Below, in pieces: positions 10,733 through 21,327 of a stretch of DNA of 64,000 bases. Made by a program: the position numbers and the translations under genes. This DNA comes from Naegleria gruberi (taxonomy: Eukaryota), in assembly GCA_000004985.1 (NCBI GenBank), contig GG738867.1; one strand, 5' to 3'. Numbering within the stretch: the first letter of the stretch is position 1; each line of letters begins with the position of its first letter. Under the pieces are notes generated by a model. The model was not told the DNA's origin, did not search any database, and saw only the letters and a program-made list of their open reading frames with translations.

Positions 10733-13700
10733 ATGTCATCATTTAATTTACATCAACAACAACGTAATGTATCAACAACATCTACATCTCCTTTTAATTT
10801 TCATGATTTTTCATTAGAAATGACAAATTTAAATAATCAAACAATTAAAAAATCATCACGTTTAGATTCTTATTTAGGAAAGAATAATAATACTAATAAT
10901 AATAATCAAAATACTACCAATAATTCACCACGTAAATTTTTAGAAGATGATTTAGGAAATAAAGCTAATAATCCACGTCGTAGAAGATCATCTGTTATGA
11001 GACATATATCATCTATTACTACAAATAGAGATGAATCTAATATACCAAATAAAGAAAATCAAAAACAAATAATTGAAGAAGAAAAGAAAAAGAAAAGATT
11101 AGCACAATTAGAATATATATTTAGAGATCAATTAAAAGAAGAAGAAGAAAGAATGAAACAATTACAAAAAAGGAAAAATTCAAATACAAATATGGGAAAA
11201 TTATCAAGACAATCATCATTTAATTCATCATCTAATAATAATTTATTAATTAATATACCATCACCTAATAATAGTTCTAATAATACTTTATTATCACCAA
11301 ATATTCAACAACAATATTATCAATTTACAAATAATAATAATTTAAATAATAATTATTCATCATCTCCTCATTTATCACCACATAATAGTTATTTATCACT
11401 TAATCATCAAAATCATTCATCACCAAATCATTTAAATAATTCACATAATAATAATATATTATTACATAATCAAAATCATTCACCTAATTCTTCTTCTAGT
11501 CATAATTTACATTCAAGTAATTCACCTAATTCTCAAATGATAAATCGTGCTAATAATTTTCATTCATCATCACCTATAAATAATCCACCTACATTATTAT
11601 CGCCTTCATTTAATAATTTACATTCAATTCATCATCATTCTAATAATACTAATAATACTAATAATAATAATAAAATATCAAATAATAATAATAATATAAA
11701 TGATTTAAAAGCACCACCTAAATTATTTATTGATGATGATGAAGAAGATGATGAAGAATTAAAAAGACCATCAATTGTAAATTATTTAAAAAATAGAATT
11801 AAAAGAAATGATTTAAATGAAATATTACCATTTATGGATAGATTAAATTTATCATATTTAAAATATAAAGAAATACCAAATGATATTTCATTATTTTCTG
11901 GATTAATTGAATTAAATTTATCACATAATTATTTAAAAATATTTAATGGAATGTTAATAGCAGAATCATGTCCAAATTTAATTAATTTAGATTTATCTTT
12001 TAATAGAATTAATAATATAAATATGGTAATTGATTTATGTAATTTAAAAAAATTAATTACTTTAAATATATCAAATAATCCTATTAGATTTATTGATAAT
12101 AGAATTGCAATTTTACAAAAATTATTACATTTTAAACCAATTCAAATGATGGATAAGGAAAAATTAAAAGATTTGGAATTATCTAAAATTAGAAATAAAA
12201 GAAAAACATCAATGAAATTAAATCATTTTAATGATACAATTAATCATTCAAACAATTCAAATAATTCAAATAATTCAAATACAAATAATAATAACATGTT
12301 ATCACCAAGATCACCTAAAACACCAAGATCACCACGTACTGGAAATCATAAATTAATTGTAAATATTGAAACACCTTCATTATCTACTACTAATACTAAT
12401 AATAATAATAATAATGAAAATCATTTAAATACACCTAATATATCTATTACAAATAATGATATAGATCATCATCAACAATTAGATTCTAATAATAATAATT
12501 TAAGTAGTAATAATCAACATAATTCTAATACAAATACAAATAATAATGAAAATAAATTCATGTTACATACAGAGAGTAGTATAAAAAAAGATGCAAGTTT
12601 ATTTAAAAGTAATCCAATATATGAATCACAATTAACATTAAATAAAGTAAAAAAAGCTAAATTATTAATTACTAGTTTAAGAAGATGGAATCAAAAAAGA
12701 GAAAATTCATCATCATCAAATAATTCAAATAATTTAAATAATTTAAATAATTTAGAAATGAATATTAAATCTAAAATTAAACAAACTGTAAATTCACACA
12801 TTCCAATAGACATGTCACCATTTATACAATCAATGAATCAACATATTAATATTAAATCATTACAATCTGTTACAACAACAATACAATTACAAGATAATTC
12901 AAAATCTAAAGTTATTGATGTTAAAAAATTTAGAGGAGAAGATTCACCATTTCCATCTTTACAAGTTTTAAATGGATTTCCAATATCAGCTGAAGAATAT
13001 TTAATTTCCTTAAATGAAGAAATTTATGATACATGTTCAAAATCAAATAATTTAAATGATTTGGAAAAGAAAAATCAAAAAACTTTAATTTTAAAAGATA
13101 ATGCTAAAAAAATTAAAAGAAAAATTGAATTTGATTCAACTGTTGATTTTACAAATAGAAAATTTTCATTATCTGCAACAAAAGATTTATTAAAAAGAAG
13201 ATATTTACAACAAAAATCTAATTCTAGTAATAATTCTAATAATAATACTGCTAATAATACTTCATCTTTAACTTTTGATGAATTTGTTAAACATACTTGG
13301 GTTGCAGAAGATGATGAATTTGTAGATGAAGAAGAAGAAATACATTTAGAACAAAAAAAAAATAATTTAAATAATTCTAATAATAATTCTAATAATGGAA
13401 ATAATTCTAATAATACATCTGATAATAATACAAATAATTCAAATAATACAAATAATTCAAATTCAAATAATTCTAATAATAATTCTAATAATAATAATTC
13501 AAATAATATTGTAAATAATTCAACAACACAAAAATTAAAAGATTTAAATGTTCATGTTACATTTTCAGATGTAATTAAAAATGAATTTTATGAAAATCGT
13601 AAAGTGACAGATGACATTTTAAATACTAAACGTAAATCAATTATAGATTTTAGACCATTTAAAGAACAATTATTAGATTTAACACCTGATCAAATTGAAA

Positions 13701-14278
13701 TGAAATTTAAAAGAATTGAATTAAAAGAAAATTCATCTAAATTTAGAGATTTAATTGAACATAAAATTGATGATCGTGAAATTTTTATTACAAAATTAAA
13801 ACAAGAATATGAAGAATCTAAAAATCCTAAAAAAAATTTAAATTTAAATGATGAAATTACAAATTATTTACATAAAAAAGATGATCAACGAAAATTTATA
13901 CCTAAAAAAATTGAATTAATTTCAAATTCAAATACAAAATTAAATGTTCCATATTTAGATAAATTTTCATTAGGTTCAAAATATTTAGAAGAATTAGGAA
14001 TGATACATGATCATTTTAATGAAAAATCAAGAGTTAATGAAAGTAATAATAATACTTTAAATAATTTAAATAATTCCAATAATAGTAATACAAATACAAA
14101 TACAAATAATAACAATACGAACAATACAAATAATAATACAAATAATGTACAACAAGATAGTAGAAGAGAATTTGAAGAATTAAAGGCTTTGAAAATGACA
14201 AGAAAGAAATATTCATTGGAAGGTAAAAAATGTTTAATTGATGGAAAGGAATTTGTTTTTTCAAATTTATTTGTTTAA
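10733..14278 (+). CDS. Leucine-rich-repeat protein, 1181 aa, with extensive Asn-rich low complexity
   Basis: Single long ORF with ATG at 10733. LRR block: LNLSHNYLKIFNGMLIAESCPNLINLDLSFNRINNINMVIDLCNLKKLITLNISNNPIRF. Multiple (aat)n-type microsatellites with 9-nt periodicity encode N/S runs. Confidence 0.6.
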   Translation: MSSFNLHQQQRNVSTTSTSPFNFHDFSLEMTNLNNQTIKKSSRLDSYLGKNNNTNNNNQNTTNNSPRKFLEDDLGNKANNPRRRRSSVMRHISSITTNRDESNIPNKENQKQIIEEEKKKKRLAQLEYIFRDQLKEEEERMKQLQKRKNSNTNMGKLSRQSSFNSSSNNNLLINIPSPNNSSNNTLLSPNIQQQYYQFTNNNNLNNNYSSSPHLSPHNSYLSLNHQNHSSPNHLNNSHNNNILLHNQNHSPNSSSSHNLHSSNSPNSQMINRANNFHSSSPINNPPTLLSPSFNNLHSIHHHSNNTNNTNNNNKISNNNNNINDLKAPPKLFIDDDEEDDEELKRPSIVNYLKNRIKRNDLNEILPFMDRLNLSYLKYKEIPNDISLFSGLIELNLSHNYLKIFNGMLIAESCPNLINLDLSFNRINNINMVIDLCNLKKLITLNISNNPIRFIDNRIAILQKLLHFKPIQMMDKEKLKDLELSKIRNKRKTSMKLNHFNDTINHSNNSNNSNNSNTNNNNMLSPRSPKTPRSPRTGNHKLIVNIETPSLSTTNTNNNNNNENHLNTPNISITNNDIDHHQQLDSNNNNLSSNNQHNSNTNTNNNENKFMLHTESSIKKDASLFKSNPIYESQLTLNKVKKAKLLITSLRRWNQKRENSSSSNNSNNLNNLNNLEMNIKSKIKQTVNSHIPIDMSPFIQSMNQHINIKSLQSVTTTIQLQDNSKSKVIDVKKFRGEDSPFPSLQVLNGFPISAEEYLISLNEEIYDTCSKSNNLNDLEKKNQKTLILKDNAKKIKRKIEFDSTVDFTNRKFSLSATKDLLKRRYLQQKSNSSNNSNNNTANNTSSLTFDEFVKHTWVAEDDEFVDEEEEIHLEQKKNNLNNSNNNSNNGNNSNNTSDNNTNNSNNTNNSNSNNSNNNSNNNNSNNIVNNSTTQKLKDLNVHVTFSDVIKNEFYENRKVTDDILNTKRKSIIDFRPFKEQLLDLTPDQIEMKFKRIELKENSSKFRDLIEHKIDDREIFITKLKQEYEESKNPKKNLNLNDEITNYLHKKDDQRKFIPKKIELISNSNTKLNVPYLDKFSLGSKYLEELGMIHDHFNEKSRVNESNNNTLNNLNNSNNSNTNTNTNNNNTNNTNNNTNNVQQDSRREFEELKALKMTRKKYSLEGKKCLIDGKEFVFSNLFV
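13190..13510. repeat. Coding microsatellite block (aat/tct/aat 9-nt periodic repeats) encoding N/S-rich low complexity
   Basis: aataattctaataataattctaataatggaaataattctaataatacatctgataataatacaaataattcaaataatacaaataattcaaattcaaataattctaataat... Similar tracts occur at 12243..12292 and 14040..14150. Confidence 0.7.
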
Positions 14279-14365
14279 ATTATAATAAATTTTGAAGAAT
14301 TATGATTTTTACATTTATTTAATGGTGTTATTGATATTTGATTTGGTTAAAAATTGAGAAAAAAA

Positions 14366-14377
14366 TTTGGCGCCAAA
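14366..14377. promoter_or_regulatory. Perfect palindrome TTTGGCGCCAAA (E2F consensus TTTSGCGCSAAA) in the promoter of the LRRC45-like gene
   Basis: Read directly: aaaaaaatttggcgccaaatctaatt at 14361..14386, about 70 bp upstream of the first plus-strand ATG at 14438. Confidence 0.3.
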
Positions 14378-14597
14378 TCTAATTACATTTTTAAAGGCTT
14401 GTTTTAAATCCCGCCTCAATAAAACATTTTCAAAAAAATGGCCCCACAACCACACAATCCATTCGGTCACGTACAACAAAAGCTCAATTTTAGTCATCCA
14501 CTTTTGATATCGGCAGAAGATGAGGAAATTGATTCATTCATTAGACAAAGAAGGCTAAACAATTAAAGATCCAAAGAATGTTACAGCTAATTTTACT

Positions 14598-17247
14598 TTG
14601 GACTATGATTCTGTTGATGGAAAGGAACCAAGTAATCTTGATGAATCTTGGGCTAAGGATTCCGAATTAGATCCAAGAGAAATTTATATGAATCATTGTT
14701 CGAAAATTGGAATTGATCCAACATTTGAATTTATCTTTGCATTGAACGACAAGAATATCAAGTCATGTATTTTATCGAATAGGAAAAAGATGTTGACAGA
14801 TAAGGATGTTATTTGTATTGCAACAGCTCTTACAACAAACAAGCACATTTTAGAATTGGATTTGAGTGATAATAACTTGACTGAGGAAATATCCTCTTAT
14901 TTAGGAGATATGCTTAAAAGGAACACTGTTTTACAAAAATTTACTTGTGGAAATAACAAATTAGGAGATCAAGGCATTTCATACATCTATCAGTGCATTG
15001 GAAGTAATCCATTCTCGCTAGTCAATTATATAGATCTGAGAGGTAATAGAATTAGTAGTGCTGCTGCATATTTGAGTTCAGTTTTTGCTTCCAATAGAAT
15101 TCAAATTTTAAATTTACAAAACAATTTAATTGATGAAGAAGGTGCAAAAGTTATAGCCTTTGAATTGATGAATAATACATCACTAAAAGTTTTGAATTTA
15201 CAACATAACAAGATTGGTGATAAAGGTGCTTCACATATTGCTAAAATGCTTGCCTCAAATATCACATTACAAGAGTTAGATCTTGGCTCAAATAGAATCA
15301 GTGTTGAAGGTGCTTCTTCACTTGTAACAGGACTGAAGAGTAACAAATCACTTTTAAAGTTAAATTTGAGATCAAATATAATGGGTGATCCAGGAGCATA
15401 CATGTTCTCAAAATGTTTGACTCAGTAAGTTGTTTGAAAATTTCTTGTGTACCAACTAATATATGAAAAGAAATTCAAACTTTTTGGAAGAATTATATTT
15501 GGGATTCAATGGATTTACAATTGATGGAGCTGTTGCTCTTTCGAATATGCTTAAAACAAATAATAGACTCAAAAAGTTTGATATTCAAGGAATTATGCTT
15601 GATTTAACGTCAATGAAAATTATTTCTGATTCATTGAAAGAAAATCACTCACTCTTGAAATTATATCTCGATATTGATAGTGATTCTACCAAGTTAGCTC
15701 CACAAGTTGCAAAAACCATTTCAGAAGCACTTCAATCAAATAACACTTTACAAGATTTAATTATTGGTGGAGATATGGACTTTGAAGAATCTATTAATCC
15801 AAGAAATTCCATGTCAAGTGTAAGTTTATTAGTAATAATTTAAAACTCATTTCAATAATAGATGCCTAGTTCTGTTCAATCAACACCAAGGCAACATTTT
15901 TCAAAAGATATGGGAAAGAAACAATTTGCTTTGGAAGAATCTCCAAGAATTCATTTTGGTCATCCAGTTAATCATTCTCAACACTCTGCTCTTTCCCATC
16001 CAAGTATGAAACCAATTGATACTAGTTATAAAGGATTATTTGATGATGTTTTAGGTGAAGATGAAATATCAGATGTTGATAGTGAACCTGAATCAGTTAA
16101 TATTCCAGTACAAGAAACAAAACTTCACAAACAACCTTCAACTCCTTCCAATGAGAATTGCACAATCTCTCATAAGCAATTCAAACTCATTGAAGATAGA
16201 TTTGAAAAGTTGGAACAACTAGTGTTTACAATTCAAAAGGAAACAAAGGAAAGTATTAATCATCTGTTTGTTCAAGTGAGAGAGGATGTTGACAGTGTTA
16301 AAAACTATTCAACGAGATTGATTGATACCTCTTTGAAGAATTATCATAGTAATTTTGAACATATTTTGCAACAATATAATGTTAATTCTACACCTTTGAA
16401 AGGAAGTTTATCAATGTCACCAACCAAATCAATTAATAATTCGTTAGGAGCACTGAGAGAATCATCAGCCTATCTTGAACAATTAAAGGCAGAATTGGAA
16501 ATGAAGGTTGCTTCAAGTGTTAGAGAAGTTGAGGAAAGAATTCAAGGAAGAATAACAGATGTTGATTACAGATTTAATCAAAGTATTGCAACACTTCATA
16601 AATGTGTTGATGAAAAATTGGAGAGACAACAAAAAGTAATTGGAAGAATGACTGAAGAACAACGTTGGATTGAAGAGGAAGGAATTAAGCTAAGAGTACA
16701 ACATGAAGCTAAGGTTGAAAATATGATCAAGACAATTAAGACTGATTTAGAACAAATGATATCTGAATCAAAGCAATCTGTCACTGATACAAAGAGTACA
16801 CTCTCACTCAAGTACAATACTATTGAAAAGAGAGTTGAGGATTTACAAAAGAGGTTCCATTTTGAAGAGGAGAATAGACAGTTATTGAATACACTCACCA
16901 GAACTACCCAACACTTGCCAGATGATGCTTCATATGCACCACCTGTTGTTAATACCAACAATGAGGGAAATAAGAGAGGATCTTCATTGTCAATGAGAAG
17001 TAGTCCTTCCTCAACTAATAAGGGTTCAACAAATCCAATTAATCATCATCGATCACCAAATAGTCATCAACAAGATAATGTGGATCCAACTCACTACAAT
17101 ATGATTCAAGCTCTTCTTTCAAAGAGTAAGGAAGTATTGGAAAGAAATCAAGGTGCAACTTCTCCAACCTCAACAACTAGTTCACAACGTTCTCGTACTG
17201 GTAGTACAGCTTATCGTCCATCAACTCCAGCTGAAAGAGAATACTAA
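14598..17247 (+). CDS. LRRC45-like protein: RNI-type leucine-rich repeats followed by long coiled coil, at least 3 exons; 5' end unresolved
   Basis: The frame is open from 14559, with the first in-frame ATG at 14688 (MNHCSKIGIDPTFEF...). Exon A runs to 15424 (...MFSKCLTQ, GTAAGT donor). Exon B is 15471..15819 (NSNFLEELYLGFNGFTIDGAVALSNML...SMSS, GTAAGT donor). Exon C is 15862..17247 (MPSSVQSTPRQHF... coiled coil). Phases are consistent with track ORFs 15463 and 15862. The repeated LxxLxLxxNxIgdeGa units plus C-terminal coiled coil match LRRC45 architecture. Confidence 0.6.
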
Positions 17248-17248
17248 T

Positions 17249-18818
17249 TTATTCCTTTTTATTTAATTTAGATTTTAAATTTTCAAAGAAACCCTTCTTT
17301 TCATGTTCTCCTTGTTGTTCAGATGATGTATCATCCGATGATGAAGATGTTGTATTTGGAGCATTAACATTTCCAACTCTTCCAGTTTCTGATTGAGCAT
17401 ATAATTCGAATAATTCACGTTGTTGTGATGATAAAGATTTTGGAATTTGAATATTTAAATAAACATTCAAATTACCACCTGTAAACTTATTCTTTGGTTT
17501 GATACCCTTTCCTTTAACAGTAACTCTATCACCAGGTTGAACACCAGATGGAATTTGAATTTGTAATTTTTCATCTGTAATTGAATTTAATTCAACTGAA
17601 CCACCTAAAACTGCTTGTGAAAGTGAAATATTAATCTTTGTATCCAAATCATCACCCTTTCTAGTAAAAGTACGATCAGGTTCAACAAAAACTTCTAAAA
17701 ACATATCACCAGGTGGACCACCTCTTTGACCAGCAGCACCTCTACCTGGTAATCTTAAAGTAGAACCTGTATCAACACCAGAAGGTATTGTAACTTCAAC
17801 AGTTCTCATTTCAGATGTATATCCTTCACCTTTACATGATGGACAATCTTCATGAATTTTACCAGCTCCATTACAACTATCACAAGTTGATCTTAAAATG
17901 AAAAATCCTTGTTGCATTGTCATTGTACCTGTTCCATTACATTTTGTACATGATTTTGGTTTTGTACCTGCTTTAACACCTGTTGCATTACAAGGTGTAC
18001 ATTCAATAGCCTTATTAATTCTTAAATCTTTTTTAGTTCCTGTAACTGCTTCTTTAAGACTAATTCGAATAGATTTACGAACATCAGCTCCTTGACGAGG
18101 TCCACGTGGTTGTCCACCACCACCACCTGCCGATCCAAATCCAAATGGATCTCCTTCAGGTCCTATTATTTTAAATTATTATTACAATATATTAAATATT
18201 ATAAACATTACAATATATTAAATAAACATTTAAAAAATAATAATACATACCACCTGCACCAAAAGGACCACCTCTTCCAAAGAATTGATTAAATATTTCT
18301 TCAGCTTGTTCACGTGACATTCCACCACCTCCACCGAAAGGATTTCCACCACCACCAATTCCAGTCATATCATACATTCTACGTTTTTCATCATCAACTA
18401 GAATTTGATAAGCTCCATTCAATTCTGCAAATTTCTCTTTAGCATCTGCAGCCTTGTTAATATCTGGATGAAACTTTTTAGCCATTTCTTTAAATTTCTT
18501 TTTAATTTCTTCCTTAGTTGCTGTTTTTGGAACTCCTAATATTTTATATGGATCTTTTTCTTTTAATATTAAATTGGCTTTTTAGTATTATTAAATAGTA
18601 TTATTAAATATATTATTGTACAATAGTAAATGTAACTTACATGTATGAAATTGTCTAGTAAAATTATTATTCGAATTAAAAATAGAAGATTGTTTATGAC
18701 GATTTAAACTAGACTTTAAGAAGGTAGATGTGATGGTTGCGGAATGAATATTATTGCTTCCTCTTGTTAAGAGGAGGTTTCGGACTAATGATACCGAGGT
18801 TGATGTTGTTCTTCTCAT
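17249..18818 (-). CDS. Mitochondrial type-I DnaJ (Mdj1/TID1-like) chaperone, 3 exons
   Basis: Exon 1 18641..18818: [43 protein letters not shown]..., a presequence-like segment ending with a GTAAGT donor. Exon 2 18251..18577: ...[38 protein letters not shown]...DEKRRMYD is the J domain with HPD, followed by a G/F-rich region. Exon 3 17249..18162: [10 protein letters not shown]..., CxxCxGxG zinc-finger repeats ([32 protein letters not shown]) and a C-terminal domain. Introns are about 18578..18640 and 18163..18250. Confidence 0.8.
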
Positions 18819-19094
18819 TTTTTTTATTGAATTAATTTTTTTATCATCAAATCAATTTCCTTCATCAAATATTGACTGAAAAAACATCGGAATTTTTCAA
18901 GATGGTCCTACCTCTTTTTCTGAATCAAATTACGGGATGAATTCATATTACATTGATATACATTTACTTGGTTTCATATGTATTCATAATAGTAAAATAT
19001 TAAAGTAAAATAATTCATCATCCTTTTATTCAACAACTTTCTTTCAAGTGTTTTATAAAGATAAAATTCAACAAAATATTAAACATCAAATAAA

Positions 19095-19766
19095 ATGCCT
19101 GCAAAGAAACAAGTAGCACCACCATCACAGAAGAGCAAGCCTTCATCATCAACAGGCAGGAAATCAGCATCCACAACAACAAAAAAGAACAAGGCTTCTT
19201 CTTCATCAACAAAAGAAACTAAACAACAAGAATTAAAGAGAAAACGTGATGCTGATAGTGATTCCGAACAAGAAGAAGAAATTAATAATTTAAATGAATT
19301 TGATGGTGATGAATTAGTATCACATAAGAATGATTCTAAAAAAGTTAAATTTGAAGAAGATGATGATGATAATGAAGCTATTGAATCATTAAAACAAAAA
19401 GAACCACCACAAAATAGACAACCAGGTCTTGAAGATGAAGAAACTAAAAAGGAATTATCAGCAGTCATTTCTGAAATTTTAAATAGACAAATTCAAAAAG
19501 ATAAATCACAAAAGATTTCAACTGAATTACCTTTATTAGTAAATTCTAAAGCAAAGACTTATCAACGATTTATGGAATTTATGAAAGAAGAAAAAGAAGT
19601 TAAATCTGTTGAAAAGCAAAGAAGAAGATTACTTCTTAGAAATTGTCAAGCTCCAGCTATTTCAGATTGGGAAAAGGAAAAATCTCTTTCAAATGTTGCT
19701 ACTCAAGGTATAATTAAATTATTGACTGCTGTTTTACAAAAGAAGAGAGAATCTAATAATGCTTAA
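19095..19766 (+). CDS. RRP15-like nucleolar protein
   Basis: 223-aa Lys/Glu/Ser-rich ORF with ATG start. The C-terminal motif ...NVATQGIIKLLTAVLQKK resembles the conserved Rrp15p signature (ATKGVVKLFNAI...). Confidence 0.45.
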   Translation: MPAKKQVAPPSQKSKPSSSTGRKSASTTTKKNKASSSSTKETKQQELKRKRDADSDSEQEEEINNLNEFDGDELVSHKNDSKKVKFEEDDDDNEAIESLKQKEPPQNRQPGLEDEETKKELSAVISEILNRQIQKDKSQKISTELPLLVNSKAKTYQRFMEFMKEEKEVKSVEKQRRRLLLRNCQAPAISDWEKEKSLSNVATQGIIKLLTAVLQKKRESNNA

Positions 19767-19936
19767 CTTTCAAAATCCCTTTCACATAAATTTGGAATGT
19801 AGTTTTTAATGATCAATTTGGATTTTTCTCTTTCTCTCTCAATGGATTGCATTGATTGTAAAATGAATTGTTTCTTTTGTTCAACTTGTTGTCTGTGTTG
19901 AGCTATTTCCTTAGACTGTTGAATGATTCAAAGATA

Positions 19937-21022
19937 TTACATAAATAGTTGACGCATTAAAGTACTTACTACTCGCTCTTGTTCCTCAATTGCTCTTTTC
20001 AATTCTTCCAATTGTTTCATCTTTTCTTCAATTTCTTTAACTAGTCCAGTGTGATCCTCATTAAATTGATTCAAATGTGTCTCGGCTATAAGTTCATGTT
20101 TTTTCAGTGTATCTATATCTCTAGATGTTTCTCCAAGTGAATCAGATAGAATGTTCAATCTGGTTTTTGCTTTAACGAATTGAGACAGATACTTTTCAAC
20201 CTCACCTCTATTTTCACCACTTGTTTTGCTCAATATTGATTTGAAAGTCGAAACAATGGAAGGATCTATTCCTCCACTTGTTGATAATCTGTTTTCATTC
20301 GTTATTGATTCTTGTTTTTTCTTTTCTTTTTGCTGTTTTAATTCATAGTAAGAGGAAATCACTTGTTTAAGAGCAAAGTTAACAGCTTGTGATTTGATAG
20401 GAGCTCTACAAGTTGGACATTTCTTATTTGACAATAATCCTAAACAATTCTTACAAAAACAGTGTCCACATGGTACAATCATCATTGGTGTGTGATCATT
20501 ATCTAACATTAATTCAAAACAAACTCCACATTTATGATTTTCCATTTCATTATCTAAAAAGTTTTCATCTTCCTCATTCAATCCTTCATCCTTCTTTTGG
20601 TCCTCCAAAATTGATTTTGAAATCTTGTATTCTTCCTTCAATGATTTCTCAACAGTATCAGTTAATAATCCAATAAAACTTGAATTTAATTGTGTTGGTT
20701 TACCTGGATCTGAATGATGATGTACTGGAATTACTTGTTCTTTTATAATGTTTCCTTCAATTCTCTTCCTTAATTGTTCTTTTGCTCTTTCTTCCAACCA
20801 TCTGAGAGTAATGTAAATTAAGAAAGCTCATAACACCTACCTCTTCTTTTTTTCATCTAATTCCTCTCGTGTCATTGCAACCTTTGTAGTCATTGTTTGA
20901 GAATTCCTTACAGGCTGAAGAGACTGCATTTGAAGCGATTGCACGGATTGAACAGTCAGCCCAGGACTACCCTTCATCTTTGGGTCAGGATTTTTAGCTT
21001 TCGGCTTGGTTTGTTTATTCAT
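19937..21022 (-). CDS. RING-finger (C3HC4) coiled-coil protein, 2 exons
   Basis: Exon 1 20841..21022: MNKQTKPKAKNPDPK...TREELDEKKK, donor GTAGGT. Exon 2 19937..20801: R/WLEERAKEQLRKRIEG..., RING CGVCFELMLDNDHTPMMIVPCGHCFCKNCLGLLSNKKCPTCRAPI, then coiled coil. The intron, about 20802..20840, is 39 nt and keeps both track ORFs in one frame. Confidence 0.6.
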
Positions 21023-21327
21023 TATTATCTTCCGATGATGATGACTATTTAAATGTTGAGCTAAATATTAAACAAGAAGGTGGCTTGATTTTTTCCAACT
21101 TGTTTATTTTTAAAATTGTAGAAAAAGATGGCGCCAAAATAATGTTCACTTCAGTTGTGGTGAGTAGGAAGTTCAAAGAAGCAACTATATTAACTCTATT
21201 TTAGAATTATTAATATATTTACTATATTGAAAAATTACAAAATCTCACTATAGGGACATGGAAATAATAATTGTAATAATAATAATCAATAAAAAATAAT
21301 TTTTTTTATTTTTGAATTTAGAAAAAA

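Noticed and set aside
18192-18485. Track ORF start MAKKFHPD taken as the DnaJ start codon
   Set aside because: The J domain would be truncated. The upstream exons (DPYKILGV... and a presequence exon starting at 18818) restore a full J domain, so the true start is 18818.
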